Assembly (NCBI RefSeq): GCF_011059135.1
Contig: NZ_JAALGD010000020.1
Coordinates: 1 to 64,000, forward strand
Source of the DNA: Brevibacillus sp. SYP-B805
GTDB taxonomy: Bacteria > Bacillota > Bacilli > Brevibacillales > Brevibacillaceae
DNA: 64,000 bases
Direction: 5' to 3'
Shown here: positions 1 to 7,227 of the stretch, piece after piece
How positions within the stretch are numbered: position 1 is the first letter of the stretch
Layout of the letters: each line of letters starts with the position of its first letter
Translations under genes and position numbers: made by a program
Notes under the pieces: generated by a model
What the model was told of the DNA's origin: nothing
What the model saw: only the letters and a program-made list of their open reading frames with translations
Databases searched by the model: none

Positions 1-84
1 CGGCTACCGCCATTCTACACCTTTACTCATGAAAAAAGGTCAATCAGATGTTACTCTGATTGACCTCATAATACGGAAACACCC

Positions 85-190
85 AGATGTTGAGCCCCCT
101 GCCCGCGTCGCGTTTCGGAGCGGACACGGCAAACTTCCTCGCGGGTCGTCAAGAGAGCGAGCAGGAACCATCATCCATGACCTCTCCTTT
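85..190 (+). repeat. Truncated copy (3' ~105 nt) of the ~190-nt dispersed structured repeat (copy A).
   Basis: Sequence tgagccccctgcccgcgtcgcgtttcggagcgga...cgcgggtcgtcaagagagcgagcaggaaccatcatccatga is near-identical to the repeats at 3181-3290, 27135-27245 (reverse complement) and 34283-34378. Six-frame translation differs between copies, so it is not protein-coding. Confidence 0.6.
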
Positions 191-283
191 TCATTGACAG
201 CGAATGATTTTCATTATACCATTACATTGTGAGTGATAATCAGTATCAATTGCGTGAAATCGGTCAGACATCAGGAGGTTCGC

Positions 284-754
284 ATGCGCTATCAGATTAA
301 CGGTTTCACGGATATGTACACGGTCATCGCCAACGAGCGAAAAATCGGCGGCGCGCTGGAAGCAAGCAGGATCCGGCTGCGTTCGGGCGAAGAGTATGCC
401 AATGTGGTGCTGACGCGCCTGGAAATGGCGGGCGGCACTTTCTGTTCGCTGGGCTTTGTCACCGAGGACGGGAAACGTCTGATCGTGCATGTCCAGGAGA
501 TCAGCATGATTGTTGAAGCCAGACATGTCAACGTGTGTGAGCTTGCCAACGCTCTCATGCGGGAAGAAAAGACGGCAGAGCGGTTGACCCGCCTGAAGCG
601 CTTGTGCGAGCTGAATGAGGGATGCCTCACGCCGCCGTTTGTCGAGGAAGCGGCGCTCCTGGCCGAAGATATCGGCTATGAACTGGCATGCCGGCACGTG
701 AATCTTTCCTTCCTGCCCCACAAGGATCTTGCGCGCAGCGTGAAGATCGCATAG
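284..754 (+). CDS. Hypothetical protein (156 aa), convergent with the encapsulin gene.
   Basis: ATG at 284 is preceded by AGGAGG (273-278). The open frame runs to the stop at 752-754. I recognise no domain. Confidence 0.45.
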   Translation: MRYQINGFTDMYTVIANERKIGGALEASRIRLRSGEEYANVVLTRLEMAGGTFCSLGFVTEDGKRLIVHVQEISMIVEARHVNVCELANALMREEKTAERLTRLKRLCELNEGCLTPPFVEEAALLAEDIGYELACRHVNLSFLPHKDLARSVKIA

Positions 755-855
755 ATGCGGCGGACAAAAGTAATCCGCCTTCCCATGCAAAATACCTGGT
801 CCGTTATGCGGGCCAGGTATTTTGCGTAAAATGAAAAAGTGACGAAGAACGTTTA

Positions 856-962
856 GGGCCCCCGCCGACACCAGCAAGTGACCCCACTCGGCAAAGCATT
901 AGCGATCGCCGAGTGGGTGGATCGTTCGCTTGGGTCGGCGGGGTTATTTTTCCGCTTCTTCC
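856..962. repeat. Nested GC-rich palindromic repeat (REP/terminator-like family, copy R1).
   Basis: gggcccccgccgac...ccactcggcaaagc...gccgagtgg...gtcggcggggtt then a T-run. The outer arms cccccgccgac/gtcggcgggg enclose an inner hairpin ccactcggc/gccgagtgg. It lies between convergent genes, and the encapsulin stop (944-946) sits inside its right arm. Confidence 0.7.
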
Positions 963-1792
963 AGCGTGCAGATGGCGCTGGGGCGCTTGATGCGCAGCAC
1001 AACGCATTCATACACGCGGAAGACGCTGTTCATCTGTTCGTCCTCCATAAACGCAGTATTGAAATCTTCCGCGATGGCCAGATCGAGATTGTGGCGGCCG
1101 CACGACACCAGCACGCCGGCACGACCCTGGATGGCTGGCGTTTGGTAGACGCCCTCTGTCACCAGGCTGCGGATATGTTCGATTTCCAGGACGTTGGTTC
1201 CCTGATGCACACGATGGAGGAGCGAATACAGCTCCGGGGAGACCGCCAGTGCGTAAGGGCCGCTGTGCCCCATCTTCAGCAGCTTGTTGCGGGCTTCCAC
1301 GATATCGGCGAACGCATTGCCCGACTCCATCCAGTCGCTTTTCAGGTGGGTGAGCCTGCCTGTCACGTTCATCAAGCCGGGCAGCTCGAACGCCGGGGAA
1401 CCATTGAAGATGAGATCGTCCTCCAGGAGCGCGCACCCGGCGGCGGCATTGGCCGCCCCGCTGAAGTCGAGGGGAATGCCGAGCGTCCGCGCTTGCGAGA
1501 TGTCGCGCCAGTAAAGAACAAAATCGTTGTAGAGGATCGGAATCGTCAGGCTGACCCGCCGGCTGGGCTGGGTAAGTTCAAGGCCTTCGCCGCGCAGGTT
1601 TAACGCGCCGACACGCGATTCCTCATAGAGATCGTTGCTGATCGCCTGGATTCCTTCCCCCAACGGGCCGTAGATGTCAATGAACCGGCGGCCCACCAGC
1701 TGGCGCCGGGCCATCTCGACAACCGTTTCGTCAAGCTGGCGCCATTCGTCGGGGGAGAGGGGGGCGTCCGGAAATTTGTGATGCTTCTCCAT
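944..1792 (-). CDS. Family 1 encapsulin shell protein (linocin M18-like), 282 aa.
   Basis: Translation from the ATG at 1792 reads MEKHHKFPDAPLSPDEWRQLDETVVEMARRQLVGRRFIDIYGPLGEGIQAIS, the conserved family-1 encapsulin N-terminus. GGAGG lies 6 nt upstream (gaatGGAGGtatcatATG). The rest aligns with the HK97-fold shell protein through ...VFRVYECVVLRIKRP. Confidence 0.85.
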   Translation of the reverse strand: MEKHHKFPDAPLSPDEWRQLDETVVEMARRQLVGRRFIDIYGPLGEGIQAISNDLYEESRVGALNLRGEGLELTQPSRRVSLTIPILYNDFVLYWRDISQARTLGIPLDFSGAANAAAGCALLEDDLIFNGSPAFELPGLMNVTGRLTHLKSDWMESGNAFADIVEARNKLLKMGHSGPYALAVSPELYSLLHRVHQGTNVLEIEHIRSLVTEGVYQTPAIQGRAGVLVSCGRHNLDLAIAEDFNTAFMEDEQMNSVFRVYECVVLRIKRPSAICTLEEAEK

Positions 1793-2380
1793 ATGATACC
1801 TCCATTCCAAGCGTGATGAGCGTAGACTGCCAACGGCCAGCCCTTTTCCGGCGGGGAAACGGGGAGGAGGCTGCCTCCTTGCCGAAGCCAGCAGATGGTC
1901 CACCTGATGGATCGCGTGCCCTTCATCGTGATCCTCGACGGAAATGACGGCGCCGTGGTCGGACAAGCGTTCGCTCAGGGCTGCCATGATCTCCTTGACG
2001 GTCAGGTAATCGCTTTGGGTCTCTTCGCGCGTCCGGTTCAACCATTCTCGTTTCTCCGGATCGGTGAACTCATAGAGAGACAGCTCCAGATGCTCGCGAA
2101 AATTGTGCAGGCCGAAGCGTTCCAGATTGATGTCGGAAAGCAGGCGCGACAGCTCCCGGTCGCTCAGCTGCTCGCTGCCGGCAGTCAGGGAACGCAGATA
2201 GGGCAGCAGCTCGTTTAGCCGGCCGAGGCGCTGCTCTTCTTCTTCCATGATATGGTGGTAATAAAGACGCGTATGTTCATCCTGCGCATGGTCGACGATC
2301 GGCTGCAGCAGGGCGAGGAAACCGCCGATCGCTTCCCGGGTGCGGGTGAGGATGCTTTCAAGCTGCGAGAAGGCTTGCAA
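1793..2380 (-). CDS. Putative ferritin-like/IMEF-type encapsulin cargo protein with a C-terminal targeting peptide. It reads through in frame into the encapsulin ORF with no stop codon.
   Basis: The ORF starts at TTG 2380 (GGAGG 9 nt upstream). It is acidic and helical (DHAQDEHTRLYYHHIMEEEEQRL...EHLELSLYEF) and ends ...FPAGKGLAVGSLRSSRLEWRYH, which matches the encapsulin targeting-peptide consensus (G-x-L-x-V/I-G-S-L-R/K). The same frame continues into Met-1 of the encapsulin. I re-translated the junction by hand and found no stop. Confidence 0.6.
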
Positions 2381-2439
2381 CGGGACATACCTCCTTTACA
2401 TTGCTATTTTGTACCAAAAATCCAAAAGTTATTAGGGGA

Positions 2440-2475
2440 GAGTATTGTCAAGTTTAATTGGGAATGATAATATTT
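2440..2475 (+). promoter_or_regulatory. Candidate sigma-A promoter in the divergent intergenic region.
   Basis: TTGTCA (2446-2451), then a 17-nt spacer, then TAATAT. It faces the DUF2325-like gene. The -35 hexamer is palindromic with TTGACA on the minus strand. Confidence 0.35.
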
Positions 2476-2501
2476 ATCAATGAGAATGGTTTTCATTATT
2501 A
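2465..2501. promoter_or_regulatory. Two adjacent Fur/PerR-type 7-1-7 boxes.
   Basis: TGATAATATTTATCA (2465-2479) matches the TGATAATnATTATCA consensus at 14 of 15 positions. The next site, TGAGAATGGTTTTCATTATTA, matches the classical 19-21-bp Fur box at about 15 of 21. Both overlap the putative -10 between the cargo/encapsulin operon and the DUF2325 gene. Confidence 0.5.
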
Positions 2502-2558
2502 ATTGGCAACCTGAGAAGAAGTACATAAAACATCGGAACCGCGAAGGAGGAATATTTC

Positions 2559-2840
2559 ATGGCATCCATTTTGGTGGTTGGAGGAGACAGACTGGGCAAC
2601 ATCGTGGATTTGCTGCAAAACCAGGGGTTTCAGGAGGTGCATCATGTAAGCGGCCGGAAAAGCTCGCAGACCGGCATCAAGATTCCAAGCGGCGTGGATG
2701 TGATTTTGGTGCTGACCGATTTCATCAACCATAACCTGGCGAAAACCATCAAGCAGCAGGCGAAAGACAGGTGTCTGCCCATCCTGTTCTGCAAACGGTC
2801 GTGTGCCGCCATAGCCAAAGCCTTGTACCAGGTGGCCTGA
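2559..2840 (+). CDS. DUF2325-like small protein (93 aa).
   Basis: MASILVVGGDRLGNIVDLL...VILVLTDFINHNLAKTIKQQAK resembles the DUF2325 family of Firmicutes. RBS gaaggagg lies upstream of the ATG at 2559. Confidence 0.5.
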   Translation: MASILVVGGDRLGNIVDLLQNQGFQEVHHVSGRKSSQTGIKIPSGVDVILVLTDFINHNLAKTIKQQAKDRCLPILFCKRSCAAIAKALYQVA

Positions 2841-2900
2841 GCATACGGACGCTTGTACCCGGGCAGGATAAAAATATCCTGCATCAACCGGGAGGCCGAC

Positions 2901-3050
2901 ATGGAAAAGAAAAATCGTTTGGATGAATTGCCGATCGCCTCGCTGACCGAAGAGCAGCTCCGGCGCCTGAAACAGGCGGAGGACCAGCTCAATCAGGAGG
3001 GAAACGGCATCTATCTGATTGCGCTGCAAAAAGAAACCCCGTCGTCGTAA
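2901..3050 (+). CDS. Small hypothetical protein (~49 aa, MEKKNRLDELPIASLTEEQLRRLKQAEDQLNQEGNGIYLIALQKETPSS).
   Basis: Internal ATG of the 2853-3050 ORF, with GGGAGG nearby. I recognise no family. Confidence 0.3.
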   Translation: MEKKNRLDELPIASLTEEQLRRLKQAEDQLNQEGNGIYLIALQKETPSS

Positions 3051-3074
3051 CGGGGTCAGACTGATGACAAACGT

Positions 3075-3275
3075 ATGTTTGGGGTATGGCGTAATGGGGC
3101 CAGGCGAGCTCCTTTGACGACCGACGAAGCGGAGAAACAAAGACGCGGGGGCCACAGGGGGCGTGAGTCTCACATCCCTGAGACGCCCGGATGTTGAGCC
3201 CCCTGCCCGCGTCGCGTTTCGGAGCGGACAAAAGCCCACTTCCTCGCGGGTCGTCAAGAGAGCGAGCAGGAACCA
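3075..3275 (+). repeat. Full-length copy (B) of the ~190-nt structured repeat.
   Basis: atggcgtaatggggccaggcgagctcctttgacgaccg...gggcgtgagtctcacatccctgagacgccc...tgagccccctgcccgcgtcgcgtttcggagcgg...cgggtcgtcaagagagcgagcaggaaccat. The 5' segment gagctcctttgacgaccg is complementary to the 3' segment cgggtcgtcaagagagc, giving a long closing stem. There is an internal hairpin gggcg-tgag-tctca/tgagacgccc. Confidence 0.65.
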
Positions 3276-3367
3276 TTACCCAAGATCGACCGACCATATC
3301 TGCACATGGACCCCGTTGTCATAACGGGGTTTTTGCCGTTGAGCATCGCTTACGTAGGCGGGGTTAT

Positions 3368-3610
3368 TTAATCCAGAACCAGCCGGGCCAGATGCGGTTT
3401 CAGTGAATTAATGCCGATCGCAAAGCCCAGGCATTGGCTGGATTGAATGATAAAGGCGTTTAAGCCGACCACCTCCCCGTGCAAATTGATGAGCGGACCG
3501 CCGCTGTTGCCCGGATTGATCGCCGCATCGGTTTGAAAAATCTCTTCATAGTGGCGTTTGGCCACCTGCAGACGCCGGTTTTTGGCACTGATGATGCCGG
3601 CCGTGACCGG
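3368..3610 (-). pseudogene. C-terminal fragment of a trypsin-like (S1C/HtrA-type, no PDZ) serine protease gene, separated from its 5' half by the ~8.6 kb insertion.
   Basis: Minus-strand translation reads ...[58 protein letters not shown]..., which is the catalytic-Ser motif GNSGGPL. The frame is closed by TAG immediately upstream at about 3611. The N-terminal half (His/Asp region) is at 12195-12734. Confidence 0.75.
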
Positions 3611-3625
3611 ATTCTCACGTAAAGC

Positions 3626-5233
3626 CTAAAACGGCGGACGGAGATGCAGCTGACCGTTCAGGCGGAACGCGACCTCCAGGGTAAAGGGCGTGATGCGGCT
3701 GCCGGTCTGTTTTTCCCGGCGCGTGAGCCGCACCGATTCGATGAGGAAGCGCAGCAGCCTGTTTTTCTCCGCCTTGCCGCTCAAGGCGTGATAAACGGCG
3801 GGGAACGATTGGAGCCGCTCGGCGAGCCGTTCTTTTTGCCCATCATCCAGCTGTTGGGGAGACGGCTGTTTTTCTTTAAGGAGCATGTTCAGCCTGCCCA
3901 ATTGATCGGATATCTCTGACCGTCTCCGGATAAACTCCTCGGAAGTGTATACCCCGGTCTCAAAGCCGTGGTAGACGGCGGCCAGCTGTTTTTGCAGGGA
4001 TGTCCGCTGCCTGGACAGGGCGGCGGCGGATCGGTCGGCTGGGGAGGCTCGGCGCTGCTTTCCGGCCGCTGCATGGGCAGCGATCATGCGGCGGATCCGC
4101 TCCGGCGCGGGCGGCTCGACGCAGGCGAGAAAGGAGAGAAGCATCTCTTCCACGGCCCGGTACTTCACATAGGTGCAGCCTGCGGTTGTGCACCAGAGCA
4201 TCTCCTTTTCATAGACGCTCACGCTGCCGTCCTTTTTGCGATAGGTACAGCGGGAAGCCTGCCGCACCATCTTTTTGCCGCACAGTCCGCAGCGGATCAG
4301 GCCGGATAGTTCCGACGGGCTCTGGTCGAGAGGGATGGAGGGGCGGCGGCGCTGCCGTTTGTGATGCACCTGCTGGTACACGTCGGGAGAGATGATGGGG
4401 GGATGGGCATTTGGTACGATGATCCATTCGTCCGGCGGCCGTCTCGCGCGTTTCCGCTGTGTCTCAACCGTCGTGCTGTAGCGGATCTCCCCGATATATA
4501 CCGGATTGTGCAGGATTTTTTTAACCGCAGAGGCATTCCATTCCGGTAGCCCGGTGGGGGAAGGAATGCCGCTGTTGGTCAGGAGGGAGGCGATGGTCCG
4601 GCAGCCCAGCTCTCTCCCGTTCAGGCCCTCCAGGTACAGCCGGTAGATCAGCCGGACGACTTCCGCTTCCCCTGGCTCGATCACCAACCGCTGTGTCCTC
4701 GGATTGGTCCGGTAGCCGTAGGCGGGCCTGGAGCCCATGAAGCGTCCCGACATGGCGTAGGCGTATTTGGCCCCCTGCATCCGTTCGCGAATGGTTTCAA
4801 ATTCCTCGCGGGAGAGAAACATTTCGAAACGGATCTGCCGCAGATCGTTGACATTTTTGGGATCATACAGCCGGTAGGGGGTCAGGATGAAGATCCGTTT
4901 CCGACGGATCAGCTCGTAGACCCGTCCGTAATCCTGAAAATCGCCCCGCGTCAGCCGGGAGATTTCTTTCACGGCGATGCAGTCGTACCTGCCCTCCTCC
5001 AGATCAGCCAGTACCTGGCTGAAGACGGGCCGGGATTCGATCTTGTCGCCGCTGCCGATTTCCTCTGCGAGGTCGTAGGGAATGCCGTACTCGCCCAACA
5101 CGCGTTCCATGACGCTCCGCTGCATGGCGATGGTATCCTCGCCGGTCCGTTTTTCCCGTTCCGCATCTTCCCGGGAACGGCGGAGGTAGCTGACGATCCG
5201 CCTGATTCTTGCGCCTGCCGGCAGTTTGTTCAT
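3626..5233 (-). CDS. Large serine recombinase (535 aa; resolvase catalytic domain, recombinase domain, zinc ribbon).
   Basis: N-terminus ...IVSYLRRSREDAE...RPVFSQVLADLEEGRYDCIAVKEISRLTRG is resolvase-like. The central part PAYGYRTNPRTQRLVIEPGEAEVVRLIYRLYLEG...IPSPTG...WNASAVKKILHNPVYIG is recombinase-like. CGLCGKKM...C..GC is a zinc ribbon, followed by a C-terminal coiled coil. Confidence 0.85.
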   Translation of the reverse strand: MNKLPAGARIRRIVSYLRRSREDAEREKRTGEDTIAMQRSVMERVLGEYGIPYDLAEEIGSGDKIESRPVFSQVLADLEEGRYDCIAVKEISRLTRGDFQDYGRVYELIRRKRIFILTPYRLYDPKNVNDLRQIRFEMFLSREEFETIRERMQGAKYAYAMSGRFMGSRPAYGYRTNPRTQRLVIEPGEAEVVRLIYRLYLEGLNGRELGCRTIASLLTNSGIPSPTGLPEWNASAVKKILHNPVYIGEIRYSTTVETQRKRARRPPDEWIIVPNAHPPIISPDVYQQVHHKRQRRRPSIPLDQSPSELSGLIRCGLCGKKMVRQASRCTYRKKDGSVSVYEKEMLWCTTAGCTYVKYRAVEEMLLSFLACVEPPAPERIRRMIAAHAAAGKQRRASPADRSAAALSRQRTSLQKQLAAVYHGFETGVYTSEEFIRRRSEISDQLGRLNMLLKEKQPSPQQLDDGQKERLAERLQSFPAVYHALSGKAEKNRLLRFLIESVRLTRREKQTGSRITPFTLEVAFRLNGQLHLRPPF

Positions 5234-5318
5234 GGACTCACCCCGCTCGAACCAGGATAAGGAGAGCGCCCTTGTCAGGAGCGTCTCCTTGTTATCCAGT
5301 TTATTCGGCGATCCGTGA

Positions 5319-5795
5319 TTAATCCCAGATCAGGGGCCGCTCAAGCCCCGCCATCCGCATGTACTGCAGGAACTGGCCGGTATGCACCGCATCGTGGTAA
5401 GCGATGCGCAGCAGCATGTCACCCAGGGGGCGCTGATACCCGACATCGCTGCGGTCGATGATGCGCGTGTCCAGTTCGTCTTCATCCAGCGTCCGTATAT
5501 AGGCAAGGAACGCCTCAAACAGCGGTGTGCCCAGCGCGATTTCCCGTTCGACCGAGACGATCGGCTCCTCCTTGTAAGGAGCATCAGGGATCGCCGCATG
5601 GGCCGAACCGTTATGGAGAAGGATCTGATGGTACTCGAAGGTGGCCGTACACACATGACGGATCATTTCGCCAAAAGAGTAGGCTTCCTTGTCCGGCCTC
5701 CAGCCCAGCCACTCATCGGGCAGGGCTCGCCACGCAAGGATGGATCGGCGTCTGGTTTCTTGAAAATGAAGAATGATGGCATCGATGGCATTCAT
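5319..5795 (-). CDS. DinB/YfiT-like (DinB_2) metal-dependent hydrolase family protein (158 aa).
   Basis: ATG at 5795 with GAAGGAGG upstream. MNAIDAIILHFQETRRRSILAWRALPDEW...HDAVHTGQFLQYMRMAGL is typical DinB_2. The longer six-frame ORF (to 6407) is a GC-driven extension overlapping arsR on the other strand. Confidence 0.7.
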   Translation of the reverse strand: MNAIDAIILHFQETRRRSILAWRALPDEWLGWRPDKEAYSFGEMIRHVCTATFEYHQILLHNGSAHAAIPDAPYKEEPIVSVEREIALGTPLFEAFLAYIRTLDEDELDTRIIDRSDVGYQRPLGDMLLRIAYHDAVHTGQFLQYMRMAGLERPLIWD

Positions 5796-5861
5796 GGAAT
5801 AACCTCCTTCGCTCTGAATATCCCCATTGTACTGCATGAATGATTCGGTTATGATCGAAGT

Positions 5862-6563
5862 ATGAATGCATATCCTGATTTTGCCTATGTTGCCGGATTG
5901 ATCGGGGATCCCACCCGGGCGGCGATGCTGGACAGCCTTTTGGACGGCCGCGCTTTGCCGGCGAGTGAACTGGCTTATCTGGCCCGGGTATCGCCCCAGA
6001 CGGCCAGCGCCCATCTTGCCAAATTGGTCGAAGGGAAGCTGCTCGCGGTGGAGACGCACGGCCGTCACCGCTATTACCGTCTGGCCGGCGCGCATGTCGC
6101 CCAGGTGCTTGAGGCGCTGACCACCCTGGCGCCGCCCGTGCAGGTTCGGTCGCTCCGGCAGTCCGATCGGCTGAAGGAAGTGCGCCATGCCCGCACCTGC
6201 TATGACCATCTGGCCGGCCAGCTGGGGGTGGAGCTGACCCGGACGTTCGTGACGCGCGGATTCCTGCGGGAAGCGGATCGGGAGTACCGGATCACCGAGG
6301 TAGGGAAGCGCTGGTTTTCCGACTTTGGCATCGATGTGGAAGCGATCCGCCAAAAACGGCGCTCGCTTGCCCGTCCATGCCTGGACTGGAGCGAACGGCG
6401 CCACCATTTGGCGGGAGCATTGGGAGCCGCGCTTGCCAGCCGGCTGTTTGAGCTCGGCTGGATCGTTCGCGTCCCGTCAAGCCGCGCCGTGCGCATCACG
6501 GAGAAAGGGAGGGAACATTTGGCCCACCAGTTGGGCATCGAAACAGCAGGCCGGTTGACATAA
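5862..6563 (+). CDS. ArsR-family winged-helix transcriptional regulator with a C-terminal extension (233 aa).
   Basis: GLIGDPTRAAMLDSLLDGRALPASELAYLARVSPQTASAHLAKLVEGKLLAVETHGRHRYYRL is an ArsR/SmtB HTH. It is divergent from the DinB-like gene. Confidence 0.75.
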   Translation: MNAYPDFAYVAGLIGDPTRAAMLDSLLDGRALPASELAYLARVSPQTASAHLAKLVEGKLLAVETHGRHRYYRLAGAHVAQVLEALTTLAPPVQVRSLRQSDRLKEVRHARTCYDHLAGQLGVELTRTFVTRGFLREADREYRITEVGKRWFSDFGIDVEAIRQKRRSLARPCLDWSERRHHLAGALGAALASRLFELGWIVRVPSSRAVRITEKGREHLAHQLGIETAGRLT

Positions 6564-6847
6564 GACAATCCGCCGCTCACATACCCTTTTGGCGAGGGGG
6601 GAGCGAGGTGGAGCAGACGGCGCTGCTTGTCGTGAGAGGATCGTATGGGGAGATTCGCGTCACCCAGCCCGAAGCGCCTGCGCGCGAGTCTGAACTGGAG
6701 GAGCTGTATGCCTTTTTGATCGAAGCGCTGCTTCGGCAAGCGGACGGGGAACCGTCCGGCTAGCGTCTGCCGGCCAACTGCCCGGCAGGCTTTTTTTGTC
6801 AGAGAAGAAAGCTTAGTTCCTTAAAGTGATAAAGTGACAGGGAAAGG

Positions 6848-6896
6848 CTGGGGGCCCCGCCCGGCGCAGCGATAGCTCAAGCCGGGTGGGTTTTTT
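6848..6896. repeat. Short member of the GC-rich palindromic repeat family (R5).
   Basis: gggggccccgcccggcgcagcgatagctcaagccgggtgggtttttt, preceded by the family-typical AT-rich flank ttaaagtgataaagtgacag. Confidence 0.55.
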
Positions 6897-6985
6897 ATGC
6901 CCGCAGCGCATAATTACCGTTGTTCGATGGACTATATAACTGTCGATCTCTTCATCGTGGAGAAAAAGGCAGAAGGAGGTGAGCG

Positions 6986-7195
6986 GTGATGACGGTCGCC
7001 ATGCAGGTAAAGCAGACGCTGGCCAGCCTGAAAAGCGCCCAGGCCAACCTGGAAATGTTTGCGCTGGAAACGCAGAACAAGCAGGCGAAAGAGATGTACA
7101 CAAAGGCGGCACAAACGGCGAAAACCATCTGCGACACGCTGGAGAAGCGCGTTACGGAATTGGAGTTTGAGGAGCCGCAGTACAAAGGGTTTTGA
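6986..7195 (+). CDS. DUF1657 protein (69 aa), first gene of the spoVA2mob-type operon.
   Basis: MMTVAMQVKQTLASLKSAQANLEMFALETQNKQAKEMYTKAAQ... matches the DUF1657 family. GAAGGAGG lies upstream. Confidence 0.8.
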   Translation: MMTVAMQVKQTLASLKSAQANLEMFALETQNKQAKEMYTKAAQTAKTICDTLEKRVTELEFEEPQYKGF

Positions 7196-7227
7196 TTGCA
7201 GTGCGGGTATGTTAAGGAGGTTCATCC

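Noticed and set aside
191-1603. ORFs 191-877 (-) and 878-1603 (+).
   Set aside because: They overlap the hypothetical gene 284-754 (which has a good RBS) and the encapsulin on the opposite strand respectively. They have no RBS and a Gly/Arg-rich composition.
3075-3275. Group II intron, tmRNA or RNase P identity for the ~190-nt repeat.
   Set aside because: It has no GUGYG 5' end, no domain V consensus (GAGC...GGUUC pairing pattern), no intron-encoded protein, and no tRNA-like or pseudoknot features. It is also multicopy and partly truncated, which is inconsistent with housekeeping RNAs.
5796-6407. N-terminal 200-aa extension of the DinB-like ORF.
   Set aside because: The extension overlaps the ArsR gene on the other strand. 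The DinB_2 domain begins at the internal ATG 5795, which has a perfect GAAGGAGG RBS.
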